Positions 1-12,592 of a stretch of DNA of 64,000 nucleotides are shown here, in pieces. The notes below the pieces were generated by a model. It saw only the letters and a list, made by a program, of their open reading frames with translations, searched no databases and had not been told where the DNA came from. This DNA comes from Paramecium tetraurelia (lineage: Eukaryota), in the NCBI GenBank assembly GCA_000165425.1, contig CT868352.1:248001-312000 (forward strand). The letters are read 5' to 3'. The translations under genes and the position numbers were made by a program. Every line of letters begins with the position of its first letter. The stretch's first letter is position 1.

Positions 1-1150
1 ATTCTAGACTCATGATTTATGTTATGAATTCAGTAATGAATGCACAACTGATGGAAATACTTGTATACCAATTGACAAATGTGAGAAATTGCCTTAATAA
101 GGGTGTATTTAAGGAACTAATGGTAAATGTGTCTTTCTATCTGAAAAAAACAAGTGTGTTGTTTTTAATTCTTGTAATTCTGTAGAGTATTCTACTCATG
201 AGGAATGTTAGAAAGTGAGTACAACATGCACAACTGATGGAACTAAATGTATTGATCTATAAGATTGTTCATCATACAAATAATCTAATTGCTATTTAAA
301 TAGTGATCAAGAAAATTGTTATTATGATGAAAAAGAAAAGAAATGCGTTGATTTGCAATGTTCTCACCTTTAATTTACAACTCATGATGAATGCAATAGT
401 AAATTAAGAACTTGTACAAGCAATAACACAAGTTGTATTTCAATGGACAAATGTGAAACTTACACTAAAGACTATTGCACTACTGCTCTAGGTTCTGATG
501 GTAAATGTAAATATGATCCAACTAGTAATAAATGCCGTTTAATTAAATGCACCGAATTAGTAGACAATTGCACTTAGATTAGTAAATGTGTAGATAGTGG
601 AATTGGGTGTGTAGAATAATTAACATGTGATAAATATCAAACTGAAAAAGGATGTAAATAAGCTGGTACTGATGGATTTTGTGTCTGGTATTTAGATAAT
701 GGAGAAGGAAAATGTAAAATCATGAGTGCTTGTTCAGATGCTTCAACCAACAAAGAGGCATGTTAATCAAGATCATGGGCTTGCTAATGGACTGAAACTG
801 CTACTAAGAGTACCTGTGCCTAACATACATGTTCATCAAAGTCAAAAGAAACTGGATTATGTCTACCCATCTTAGATTTCTCTCAAAAGAATTACTATTT
901 GTGTGCATTGTCTAGTGACTAGTGCATTTCAGCAGAGAAATCTTCTTTAGGAGCATAAACCTGCTTTTAATCTACTGCTTATACATACACCTGGGATTCT
1001 GCTAATTCTTTCTGTTTGTAATGTGGAACAAAATATACAAATACAAGCAATCAGACAAACACTCCCAACAACACCAATGTTACAGATAGTGACAATTAAG
1101 TTAACATATTATTCCCATTGCTGAGTCTGATTATTAGTATATATATATGA
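1..1150 (+). CDS. Cys-rich repeat surface protein (Paramecium surface/mini-antigen-like), 3' part, probably GPI-anchored
   Basis: Ciliate-code ORF with periodic Cys repeats (CTTDGNTC, CTTDGTKC, GSDGKCKY, GTDGFCVW). A Thr/Asn-rich spacer is followed by a hydrophobic tail, VNILFPLLSLIISIYI, then TGA. Starts before the window. Confidence 0.8.
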
Positions 1151-1154
1151 TTTT

Positions 1155-2104
1155 TCATAAATCTTCTAGATTGAGTACATTAAAGTTTTCTTTCTAATCA
1201 TCCTAAGTGTTATCAAACCATTTAATCAACTATCCTTCATGCCACTCTCCAAACCTAGTCTACCCATTACTCAAGATAACTTTGCCCTTCCCATTTGGCT
1301 TCGACTGTTTAAAACTACCTTCATAAGTCTTGCCATCTAAAAATACTAACATGAAATACTTGGCCATTTGAAAATACCATAACCATTAGGAACGTCTTTA
1401 TTGAACAATCCAACATAAGTGTAACCAGTAGGCCATTTAATTTGACCTTAACCACACATAAAGTCCTCAAACCACTCCCCTTGATATTCCTTTCCATTCT
1501 TCCACACTTGACATCCTTGTCCATGTCGCTTATTATTAATCCATAATCCTGTATATGTTGAACCATCATTCCAAACATAGGTTCCCTATCCCTATTTTAT
1601 TCCTTCATAAAAGTATCCCTCATATTTGCTCCCGTCTTCCCAAGTCTCTATCCCAAATCCTTATTACAAATCATCCTTCCACTGTCCTTCAAATTTGCAT
1701 CCGCTTGTCGATTGGAATATCCCTCGACCATTTTATTTATCGTTTTCCCATTGTCCTTCATAATAGTCTCCGTCAGGATAGATGAACTTTCCTTACCCAT
1801 GAGCTCTATTATTCTTCCATTCTCCTTCATATTCTGAACCATCTGGCCATTTCAATATACCATATCCTTCTCTTTTATTGCCAACCCAATCTCCCAAATA
1901 CTCCCCTCCACTTTTCAAAGTCACTGCTAATAGTTTGGTTCTCTCTTGAGTCTTAGTGGTTTGACTTGAATTCATCTCTCTCTACTTTTTTTTATAATTA
2001 TATTTAATAATTATTTAGCGAGCATCCAAATGATTCAATTCTGTATCATCACATGGTTCTACATCCTCTTAATACGACTAATTGTTGCAGCATTATGCTC
2101 CCAT
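1155..2104 (-). CDS. MORN-repeat protein with N-terminal MGAQCC acylation motif
   Basis: Repeated YxGxWxxxxxxGxG units (YLGDWVGNKREGYG, YEGEWKNNRAHGQG, YEGQWENDKQNGRG); 23-nt intron at 1337-1359. Confidence 0.9.
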
Positions 2105-2549
2105 TACAAATTAAATTTAATCAAAAAAACTATTATAATAGTTAATAATTAAATAAATCCCATTATATTGTTAGCATAGTTAAAGAGGATAACCTACACC
2201 CAATCTAACATTTGATTTCTTTAGACAAAAATTTGAATTTCTCTCTCACTAATTGATGCCAATATTATTATAATTATAATAAATTAACTGCAATTCCAAC
2301 GCTATTTTTAGGATATCCTTTATAATGATGAATTAGGAACCTAATATTTCTATTTATTATCTAAAATTAAAGGTAATTCATAAGTCAATTTTATTTGAAT
2401 TATTGTCATATTTAGATAGTATTACTTTACTTGAATGATAATGGAAATGTAAATTAGTCATTGATCCCAAAATTATTGCTATTAATTTTGGTAATAATAA
2501 TTTAAATATTAATCATAAGTACAAATTTGATAAAAAAGGATAAACATTT

Positions 2550-3580
2550 ATGAATAAACTCAATAAACCTGAATCGAGAGTTCAACGCAACATTCGCGTA
2601 GTAATGACCAATATCAAGGAGGAACAAAAGCAAAAAGGTATCCTTGTATTTTGAACATTTAATAAGTTGTGAAATACTTAAGTCAATTAAAGGAAGAAGG
2701 TGAACTAGCCAAACCCAGATATGCTCATTCATAATTTCCACAGTAGAAATTTAATTAAACTGTTACAGAACCTAGTCTTATTGATTTTTAACTTGACAAT
2801 CTGAATTTGAAAGTAAGTAAAGTGGGAACTCTGGTGGAACCCATGATTCCAATAGTGGAAGCTCCTCATAAACCTATAATTAAGAAGTTCAAAGCCCTGA
2901 AACACCCAGTGTTCTTAACAGAAAATATAGTTAACACCATAAAGCCTGTCGAAAGGATAAGTGAATTACCTGTATCGATAAAAAGAAGCACCAAATAATA
3001 AATGATGAATAAAGAAATTCTTCATCGTTTGGGATTGTTGAGTGTCCAAGCAAAGAGGGAACTCCAAATCGAAAAACTCAGTAACAGGGCTCTCAAGGTT
3101 TCCAAAAATAAAGAGACCTCTTCATTAAATCATAAATAACTGGAAGCTATTACTCTTTAATTGAAAGAGAATGAGAAACAAGAGCAGGTTCAATCAGCTC
3201 AAAGATGCACTACTTCAGCATCTGGTGCGTCTAGAAAGGCTTATGATTATCAGGATGAGTATTTGGTTGATTGTCTAACTGAAAGACTTGATTTGGTATA
3301 CAGTGTTTAAACCTTTAAAAATAGGCCTCAGACAAGAATAACTAAAAGGAAAATTCACAATTTTTTTAAAACAGTAACCATGGCGCACTTGGATAATTTA
3401 GATGAAATTAAAAAGGACGATGTGAGTATTCAGATAAAAATTAAGTCTATTAAAGAGAGTTTGCAACTGTGTAAACGACGGCTACTGGATTATAATGACG
3501 AAATAGAAATAGCTCTTACAGAAGATATTAAAGGGCAAGTTATTGAATATAAAAACATTATTAAAAATAATAAAAAATGA
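2550..3580 (+). CDS. Hypothetical protein
   Basis: Continuous ciliate-code frame joining the track ORFs 2807-2998 and 3380-3580, with one short intron near 2640-2666. Start is uncertain. Confidence 0.55.
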
Positions 3581-3843
3581 CAGACATCAAAAAGCTCTAT
3601 TGCAGATTTGTAACTGGGATGACTGTAGAATTGGATATTAGATAGGAAACAAAAACGGTGAATTAATTAAAAAACTAACTTTCCGAAGTCATAAACCTTA
3701 CTCCAGAAAGATTATATATTGGATTCGAAACCACATTACTTGACGATAATGACTATTTGAGTGCAAAAGGGATTACTGACAGTGATACTGTGCATGTGAT
3801 CACATCCCAATTAACAGAAAAGATAGCATACATAAAAAAATGA
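3577..3843 (+). CDS. Small ubiquitin-like (beta-grasp) domain protein, 88 aa
   Basis: MTDIKKLYCRFVTGMTVELDIRQETKTVNQLKNQLSEVINLTPERLYIGFETTLLDDNDYLSAKGITDSDTVHVI follows the ubiquitin pattern (LTGKTITLEV..TI..VK..I....GIP..QQRL.F.G..L.D...L..Y.I....T.HL). Confidence 0.75.
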
Positions 3844-4023
3844 AATTTCATTCAATTTTATTAAATAAGCAACACATAATTCATTTATTTATCTTCTTGT
3901 TTTGGTGATTTTGAGTGGAGGGCTGCCGAATTAGATGGAGAATTAGAGAGGATTGAATTTTGTAGAAATTATTTTCTTTTCTCGTCTTCACATATAATAA
4001 TATATAAATAATATATAATATAA

Positions 4024-6667
4024 ATGGATCTGAAGAATGAAAAATATAATGCATCATTAACCTAAATTGAGTTGACTGTGGAGACACTAACAAATATTCT
4101 TTTTAATTATGAATTTTTTAAGAGAATATCAGGGTTTTTAAGTTTAAAGGATGTTTTAACTCTTGGATAGACCTGTCATATTTTAAATGAAATCGTTGAG
4201 GTTAGGTGTGAATAATTAACATATAGAAACACAAAGAATTCTTCGGAGAGATCTATTATAAATTATTTCTTCATGAACAACTTGAAATGACTCTAGAGTT
4301 AAGCTACCCGGACATACAAAAAAGAAAGTGGATTAGATTATAGAATTTTGACAACTCTTGCTTTGATTGGAAGAATCAGCTTAAAAAAATGGTCGTAACC
4401 AAGTAAACGAGGCTTTCAATAGTTAATAGATAGACTATGAAATTTCCATTTATCCTTTGCGATGCTGTGTTTCCCAAACCCATCTTAAAGAGAGAAACCA
4501 TCGGGATACATTGTGAATCTGAGTTCCAAATTATGTTAGCTTAGCGCTTAGAACTGGAACAAAAAGGATTTGATAAGTTGTTTGACTTTTAATTCATTTA
4601 GAATGAAGTATTTATGTAATCTAATCTAACCCTGTAGTTGATGAATGAGTTAAAACAGAACAAATTGCAAATATTGGCCGAAATGCAAGCTAAGTTGCAA
4701 CACAACGAAAAATTGAAAAGCCAATTTTTGTAATTCAGATGGAGTTTGGAAGAGGAACTCTGTGAATACCAACAATTGAGTCTCTAAAAAATGGGTATAG
4801 TTGACGAGGAATTCGAAAAGCAATTGGAACAATTAGATGAGGAATAAATTTGCATATTAACTTTATTGAACGAGTTTTACACCTCTTTGGAGTGTTATTT
4901 GGAAGGGTTATAAAAGTACTTTAGTGTATTTATAAATGCTAATACCATAAACAGTATTGATTTGCTTAGCGAATACGTAATGTATTGGCAAGCTTATAGT
5001 AATGCCATTATGGACTTATCAATGATTATCTTTCCATTTGAGAATATCATAAATGAGTTGCATCAAAATGTCTTCTCAAAATACCCTCAATATCCGAAGT
5101 TTTCAATTTGGAGAGTGATGACTAAGATGTGGATAAAATATGTAAGCTTCGAAATAATCTAAAGATAATTAGAAATGAACAACTCCAACCTATTTTAATA
5201 CAGTGTTATTTACGTCTACTCTCAGCTCAAAGACAACAAATGTTCAAAAAGGAGTTCGATCAAGGAGTCAATGATGATCTTGAAACTGCCCAATCCTTTT
5301 AAATCACTTATGAGATCTATGATAATTTCTTACTTAAACAAAGGAATAGTTATAGGGATCAATATTAAATTGACACCTCGCATCTATTCTATACTGAAAT
5401 TGTAGATCTGCTAAGAAGTTTCACTCGATGCATCTAAGACATATCTATTAGTGAGGTTGATCATTGTACTTAATAACTTAGGTGTCTGTACATTGGGTAG
5501 GCCATAAAGATTGTTGCTATGAGGAGTTTTATGAATAGTTGAGTGAGAAATTATAATATGAAACCAGCTTTTATTATGACGAGAGCAGATAAGTATTTGG
5601 ATCAAACATTATATCTTTTATCGAGTTTATTAAGTTTGATAAGGAGTAAATTAATAATTAATTAAACCATTTATTAGATTTTTATAGTAAATTGTACCTG
5701 AACCTCTTATGTTTAAAATTGAAAATCTTTAGCGAGAACACATTTACACATCCTTATATTATTTTTTAGAAGTTTCGTATCTTTAGAAATTTGTGTAAAC
5801 CAATAAGGACTAAATCATGCAGGTTTATAAAACCTCCAGACCCAAATCTCCAAAACAAGAGCGCATTTCAATAACATCCTCCTAAAATAACGAACATCTT
5901 GAAACTTAAGGAGATTCTAATTTAAATGATGCTCAGAAATTCTTTAATTTGTGTTTGGAAAACAGCAATATAGATCTGGAAGATCTGCTAATCAAAGAGA
6001 AAAACAGATATCAATAAGATCCCTTGTTAGAAATCATCAAAGTAGCACTTTCTCAAATGAACCTTGAATAATTGGCATCCTTTGATGATACATACTAATT
6101 TGGGAGTTCCTAAGAATTCCTTGATTTTAATAGGCCGCCAAGAATACACAGAGCATTTTCAAATACTAAATGTAAACAAACTATTATATATAATCCAAGT
6201 GAATGCAGAACAAACTGAAGTTCCAGAAGAAATTATTAAGGCCGCTAAGCAATTTCTATTAACTGATGCCCAATTTACTAAGCTCTATCAAGTATTCAAT
6301 GAATATACCGTTTATTATGAAAAAATGCTACTATAAGTTGTAACTAAAGACAGAGACGTTGAATTAATAAACAGTGACAGAGAAGTTCCTAGAGTAAGAT
6401 GATTCAATCTATTCTAGATCCTACCTGAATACCTTTAAAGCTTTTATTATGTTTCAAGATTCCTGACCAATACTTTACTTGAGGAAAATATTGTTGAGGA
6501 TCCAGAAGACGAATTTGAGGATCTAGATCTACCTCCAAGTCTCTCAAAAAATTCATCCAAAAAATTGAAAAGTATAAATGATTTTATTTTAAATAGAAAA
6601 TTCCAATCAAATTGAGTATTATTACTCAGAAGAAGAAGATGAGATTAGCTACAACGACGGTGCTTGA
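4024..6667 (+). CDS. F-box-like plus cullin N-terminal-repeat-like protein
   Basis: N-terminal FFKRISGFLSLKDVLTLGQTCHILNEIV is F-box-like. The middle contains LLSEYVMYWQAYSNAIMDLSMIIFPF..FSIWRVMTKMWIKYV..QLQPILIQCYLRLLSAQRQ and YEEFYEQLSEKLQYETSFYY, which are cullin-repeat-like. Several tiny introns; acidic tail. Confidence 0.6.
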
Positions 6668-6773
6668 TGGCATTAGCATAAATTAATAGGAATGATAATA
6701 TTAATATTAATTCTAGATTGTTACATTTTTTTCTTTTTATGAATCTTAAATGCATTCTTATGCTATATATTAA

Positions 6774-7704
6774 TCATATTAATGTATCTGATTTGATCTT
6801 CCCCTCCTATACCATCTCTAACATATCTCCTTGAACATCTTCCACATATTACTTTGCTGTATTTATAATCTTTCCATTCATTACGGCAATTAAAATCTAA
6901 CGCAATAGCTACTGAATCATTACCTCCGAATTAACATAATTGGGATTCGAGGGGAAAACTAGAAAATTATTTTGATTTAGGTAATATTTAACAAATGACC
7001 ATCTCCATCTTTTAGTCATTTCATTTTTTTATGGCCATTCTTCTGGAAATACATTCCCCTTCAAGGGTCTCTTGTCATTTCCACTCAAAGTCTTCAAATT
7101 TGTGACATAAAATATTTGGGTCACATTTTATTCCTTTACTTTTCTCTGAATTATAATAGGATTTTATTGTTTACCCAAAATTGCTTTTCAAATACTACTT
7201 CCACAGTTTGACCATCCTTATGTAAGTAGACTTCAGACACGACGTATCTCAAATACTTGAATTTCTTGAACCATCTCAAAAACACTATTATAATTTGTTC
7301 AATTTAGCTTACACCAAAACTCAACTGTAAACATCATTGGCAATGCTGCAGGAAATGTTGAATAAACTAACATCAAATATTAATATTACAAGGATTGTGC
7401 TTGATTAAATTTCCCAACAATACCATGGGGAATAAATACATCCAAAATTAAAACTGATAAGTCCAAACCTGCATAATAATTAGAGATTATGAATACCAGA
7501 GGTTTGTAATAGTAAAGTAATGATTTGTTTGATGAATCAAATTTGATTTTCTATTATGGATTATAAGTTAATGTTCTAACTAAATATAATCTTTTATAAA
7601 AACTTGTAATCTATCACAGTATTCTAAGGTTTTATAGTGTAAGATTCGACTTTGCAAAATGCATAGACGCTTTTATACTATTGCGTGAATCTTCTCAAAA
7701 CCAT
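6774..7704 (-). CDS. Hypothetical, possibly mitochondrial membrane protein
   Basis: Starts MVLRRFTQQYKSVYAF (presequence-like), has hydrophobic segments, and ends KQYVEDVQGDMLEMVQEGKIKSDTLI then TGA. Intron structure not fully resolved. Confidence 0.45.
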
Positions 7705-7772
7705 TAATAAATTTTTTAAAATATGTGAATATTTTTATTCTCAATTACAAGAGAAGATAATTAGTTAATCAA

Positions 7773-8196
7773 TCAAATTTTTTATTTTTTGCTCATGTCC
7801 CCTATATTGCTTTTGACGATCTGAAGCAGAGACTTAGTAGAATCAGCAATAGTTGCAAAGGCTGATTCAGCTTCTTTTAAGGTTCTATCGCATTTTTCGT
7901 ACTTTTGTCTCTTGATAGCAATAGACTTATTGAGTTATTGCAATCTCTAATTCAAGATTTGTACGTCTTCTAAAATTTAAGACTTCTCTTCCTCCTTCTC
8001 ATTCAGTGTATTATCCATTAACAGATATCTAGAAAAGAGTAATTCAAATTATTTACTATTGCTTCAGGGCTTTGAGAATATTATTTATTTGCGATTCGTC
8101 CTCACAGATCGTTTCCTCCTGTTCTGGCTGAATGTATTGTTTTTTATAAGGAGTGCTCTAAGCAGAAGACTTTGCACCTGAGGGTTGGGCGAACAT
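7773..8196 (-). CDS. SSNA1/DIP13/NA14-like coiled-coil basal body/microtubule protein
   Basis: EEEKSQILEDVQILNQRLQQLNKSIAIKRQKYENADRTLKEAESAFATIADSTKSLLQIVK parallels the SSNA1 pattern [62 protein letters not shown]; one tiny intron. Confidence 0.75.
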
Positions 8197-8269
8197 CTAA
8201 AAAATAAATTAATTGTTAATTTGAAAATACAACTAATATGAGCATTATTATTTATATATAACAATAAAT

Positions 8270-8736
8270 ATGAATTCTAGATAAATGTAGAATGTAAATC
8301 AAAAGGTTATATTGAAAAGAATTGAAATTTTAACAATCCTAGAATTTACAATAAATTGGATACTATTCATTATGTAAGAGTATTTGAGGCATTCATGGTT
8401 TTACTTTATAACTGTATAGTAATATATTAAATATCATAGATTTTTCTTTATCTCATTTTAAATATAGCAGAAATTCACTTTATTGGCTATTCAAAATAAA
8501 TAATTCCCCTACATTTCCTACTATTGTAATTATCTTTTTTAACTATTAGATGTATGGCCTTTTTATTAATTTTACTGATTATCACTATAATAGTTTATGG
8601 AATGTAATTGAAATTAATTCTGCTTTTCCTTTAAATCCCAATCTTATTTTTAAAAATAAGACTCAGATCTTTGGCATTAATAGGTCACTAGGATCGATAA
8701 CAACACATTTAACTTGATACATAACATGCCTAATGA
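8270..8736 (+). CDS. Small hypothetical multi-pass membrane protein
   Basis: Hydrophobic ciliate-code ORF from ATG 8270 to TGA 8734-8736 with one candidate 21-nt intron near 8420-8440. Confidence 0.35.
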
Positions 8737-9668
8737 TTATATTTGTTTATTTTATCATCGTAAAGAAACTTTCATAATAAACCACCCTAAAAACACTATA
8801 AATTAGATCTATCCCTCTAACTTAAACAGTTGTAAATATCACTATCTTTTTTTCAAGTTACAATTTTAATTGTAATTATTATTAAACCTGTTCAATGTTA
8901 AAAATCTATTTTCTTTTGAAAATATATATCAAATTATACATTGCTAGTGTTTTAAGTAAAATAAGAAGAGCATTTTAATACTCTTCCAGATACATCTCCT
9001 GAAAAATTAAATTGTCAATATTTACTTCGATTTAATTGATAAAGTACTTATAAATAATGTGATTTCAATTTGTCTAGATAATTTTAACCTTTTTTAATCT
9101 TTTAGTATTTACAATACATTCTTATAATGTACCTTGAGATGCTAGAAGAAAAATAACAAGACAATGAAATGGAAGTAGAGCGGATTAAATAAATGCAACC
9201 CAAAAATAATGTATATCCTCATAAAAGCTGGCTTCTAGTTTCTTCTAGAAATTTATAAAAACAAAATCTGCTAAACCTGCCTCACTTTTTACTGTTTTAT
9301 TTTAAATATACAGAATGATATTTTTAATACTGTTTTTAATTTTTATGAAAGATACAAATTAAAGTAATTATCTAGTAGATGGAAAGGGAAGACACAATTA
9401 CCTCAACAATTTCAATGGTGAATTTTGGATATTAAATTAAGAATAAGCTACCTATACAGAGACTGGTTCATAACCTATCGTAGATATCAAATATCACTTG
9501 ATTCTTGAATGGATTTAAGATTTAAAGATGCAAAATGATGGAAGTGTCATTGAATAAATCAAATGATGTACTTATGGAGAATATTAAAACTGAATATATC
9601 ATATTAATGAATGAACTAAATTAATGAACTGATTTGATTTATTTGATATTTCTCATACTCTATTTCTT

Positions 9669-11958
9669 TCAAGCTGGACAGCCACTGCTACTAGTTGTCA
9701 TAGCACACAATAACCATGCTGATTTATCGTAAACGCCAGCAAAGACCAAAGAAAAAATTGCACTTAATTTAATGAGAATATTTAAGGAAGGACCTGAAGT
9801 ATCTTTTAAAGGATCTCCAACTGTATCCCCTATCACTGCTGCCTTGTGCTCATCAGTACCTTTACCTTTGATAATATCATCTAGAGATAAATACTAAAAT
9901 TACCAATTTCGCATAAATCAGCTTCAATATACTTCTTAGCATTGTCCCAGGCTCCTCCTGAATTAGCGGATGAAGTGGCCATACAAACTCCTGAAACCAA
10001 AATACCTGGTAATAATCCAGCTACAGCAGTGGGACCAAGGAATAATCCCAATGCCAAAGGTACTAAAATTACAAGTAATCCTGGAGCGAACATCTCTTAA
10101 AGAGAGGATTTGGTTGATATAGCAATGCATCTGTCATAATCTGGTTTCTCTCTTCCATCTCTTATTCCTGGTCTCTCAGCTAACTACTTTCGTACTTCTT
10201 CAACCATTTCAAATGCAGCCCTTCCAACGGATTTAAGTGTGAAAGCAGAAAACCAATAGGGAATCATAGCTCCAATTAAGAGTCCTAAAAATACTAATGG
10301 AGAATTGACTCCTAAATCTGTTAGTGGATGCTTATTGAGAGAGTTAGATGCTCTTGTGATAAAAGCTCCATACAAAGAGAAAGCCACCAATGCTGCTGAT
10401 CCAATGGCAAATCCCTTTCCAATGGCTGCGGTGCAGTTACCAGCGGCATCCAGTTGATCTGTTCTGTGTCTAACATCTTGTGGATATCCAACCATTTCAG
10501 CAATACCTCCAGCATTATCAGAGACAGGCCCATATGCATCAATTGCCAAACCAATAGTTAGAGTTGATAACATTCCTAAAGCACTTAGAGCCACTCCAAA
10601 CATAGACAACAGAGAATATGAAATAAAGGCTGTAAATGCTAGCAAGAATACTGGAATAATAGTAGAGAGATTTCCCAAGGCAATTCCATATATGATATTA
10701 GTAGCTGCTCCAGTACCACATGCTTAAGCAACTTCTTAGACTGGTCTATAAGAATGTGAAGTATAATATTCAGTGACAAATCCGATGATGCAACCGCTGA
10801 TAAGTCCTACAACAGTGCAAAGCCATGCATGAATTGGTTGTCTATCTACTGGTGCCAATCCGAAGATTCTCTCTGGTAGAGTTAGATATGCAACATAATA
10901 AAGAGCAGGTAACATTAAAAGAGTTGAAAGAATCAACTAAAATTTCAATGCATTTGAAACTTGATCAAAGCTTTCCTTCTCTCCTACAAATGCAAAAATG
11001 GAGACTATAAAACAACTATGAATTAAGATGTAATATTTACACAAGAATTCCTGCAGCTGAAACCAATAATGGATAATAAAATGTGGTAGGATGATAATAA
11101 AATGATGGGGATACACTGCATACAACCAAAGCAGCACAAGTAGCCTCTGCAAATGATCCAAATAAGTCTGCACCCATACCTGCAATATCTCCAACATTGT
11201 CTCCTACATTATCTGCTATGGTTGCAGGATTATTTGGACTGTCCTCTTTGAAATCATTTTCAACTTTTCCAACCAGATCAGCTCCCACATCAGCTGCTTT
11301 TGTATAGATTCCACCACCAACTCTGCCGAATAATGCAATCACTGAACCACCTAATCCATATCCTGCTATTGCTTCAAATAATTGTTAGAAGTCTCTATAA
11401 TCCTTAATGAACCAATTTATGTAAATTCCCAAAAGTATTGTTAGACTAAGTAACGCAAAACTAACCAAAGCAAAACCCATAACACATCCAGCTCTATAAG
11501 CAACTGCGAATGCATCTGTCATTTTTGTCTATGCGCAATAAGCACAACGATAGTTTGAGAAGGTGGCTACTCTCATTCCAATAAATCCTATTGTTTATGT
11601 TAATATTTGAACCTGAAATGATTGAGGTTAAGGCTCCAACCAAAAATGCAACAGTAGTCCATGCTTATCCTAGGACTGGCTCAACGATAAAGAAGATCAG
11701 CAAGGCTAATAATATAATTACAACTCCAATGTATCTATATTCTGCAGCCAAAAATGCAGCCGCTCCACTTTCTATATGAGATGCTATTTCTAACAGAAGT
11801 TAAGAATGGTGATCTTAATAATCATCCTGGAAATTATTATATTAATTTGGAGTGCCAATCTTTATTCGGTTCAGTTTGTATGCGTTATATACTGCCCAAA
11901 GTAATCCAATACCTGTTGATACTAGAATTAAGATGTTTGATAATTCAAACGATATCAT
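9669..11958 (-). CDS. Vacuolar-type H+-translocating inorganic pyrophosphatase (V-PPase), probably K+-dependent
   Basis: Motifs [82 protein letters not shown] and [19 protein letters not shown]; three tiny introns. Confidence 0.97.
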
Positions 11959-11995
11959 TTTATTTAAATAATTTAATTATTTTTATTCATTTCAT

Positions 11996-12520
11996 ATGCT
12001 ATAACCAGATTTTAAACATCAAACATAATCATTTCGAAGATGTGGGCTCCATGCGGTGAACAACTTGCTTCAAGTAGAGAGATATACCTATTAAGATTTT
12101 GAAAATATTGGAAAAGAAATTTAAAAAGAAACAAACTTATCTCATTATACATATTTCATTGGAAATTATGATTTAAATGTTTTGGAGAGAGTGTTATAAA
12201 AAGAATCGCTTGAAATTGAATGGATTAAAAAGAACCAAATAATTGATGAAGATCTTATTGCTGATCCCTAAGTTTTTGGGTTTTTGATTAGCTTGACCAA
12301 GCAACTCAATTTCATCGAGAGAGTTTGCTAATGGGATCCCAGACATTGGATTTCCATAAGAAAACTTGTCAAGTCTAATGGCGACTTTTAGTTTTATTAT
12401 CATGACTCACAAAATAAAAGTCCGTAAATTAAGGAGACTCCAGAGATGATTTTACAATTGATAGAATTACAAAAGTCAAAAAATGAAGATAATTTCATAT
12501 TGTTAGTTAAGAAAAGATGA
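11996..12520 (+). CDS. Josephin-domain deubiquitinase (JOSD1/2-like), 174 aa, intronless
   Basis: HQTQSFRRCGLHAVNNLLQ (catalytic Cys), GNYDLNVL, VFGFLI, RHWISIRK (His), YYHDS (Asp). Confidence 0.88.
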
Positions 12521-12592
12521 TACATTCTATTTATATTGAAACATTTATTAAGCGAATATTGTAGATATCTTAAAATTATAATTTTAAAATAT

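Noticed and set aside
1..1030. Periodic repeats as a possible CRISPR or satellite array
   Set aside because: The periodicity is at protein level (Cys repeats); there are no identical DNA repeats with spacers.
8940..9640. Coding-like patches on the + strand (for example YLVDGKGRHNYLNNFNGEFWIL)
   Set aside because: I could not build a consistent ATG-to-TGA model or recognise a family.
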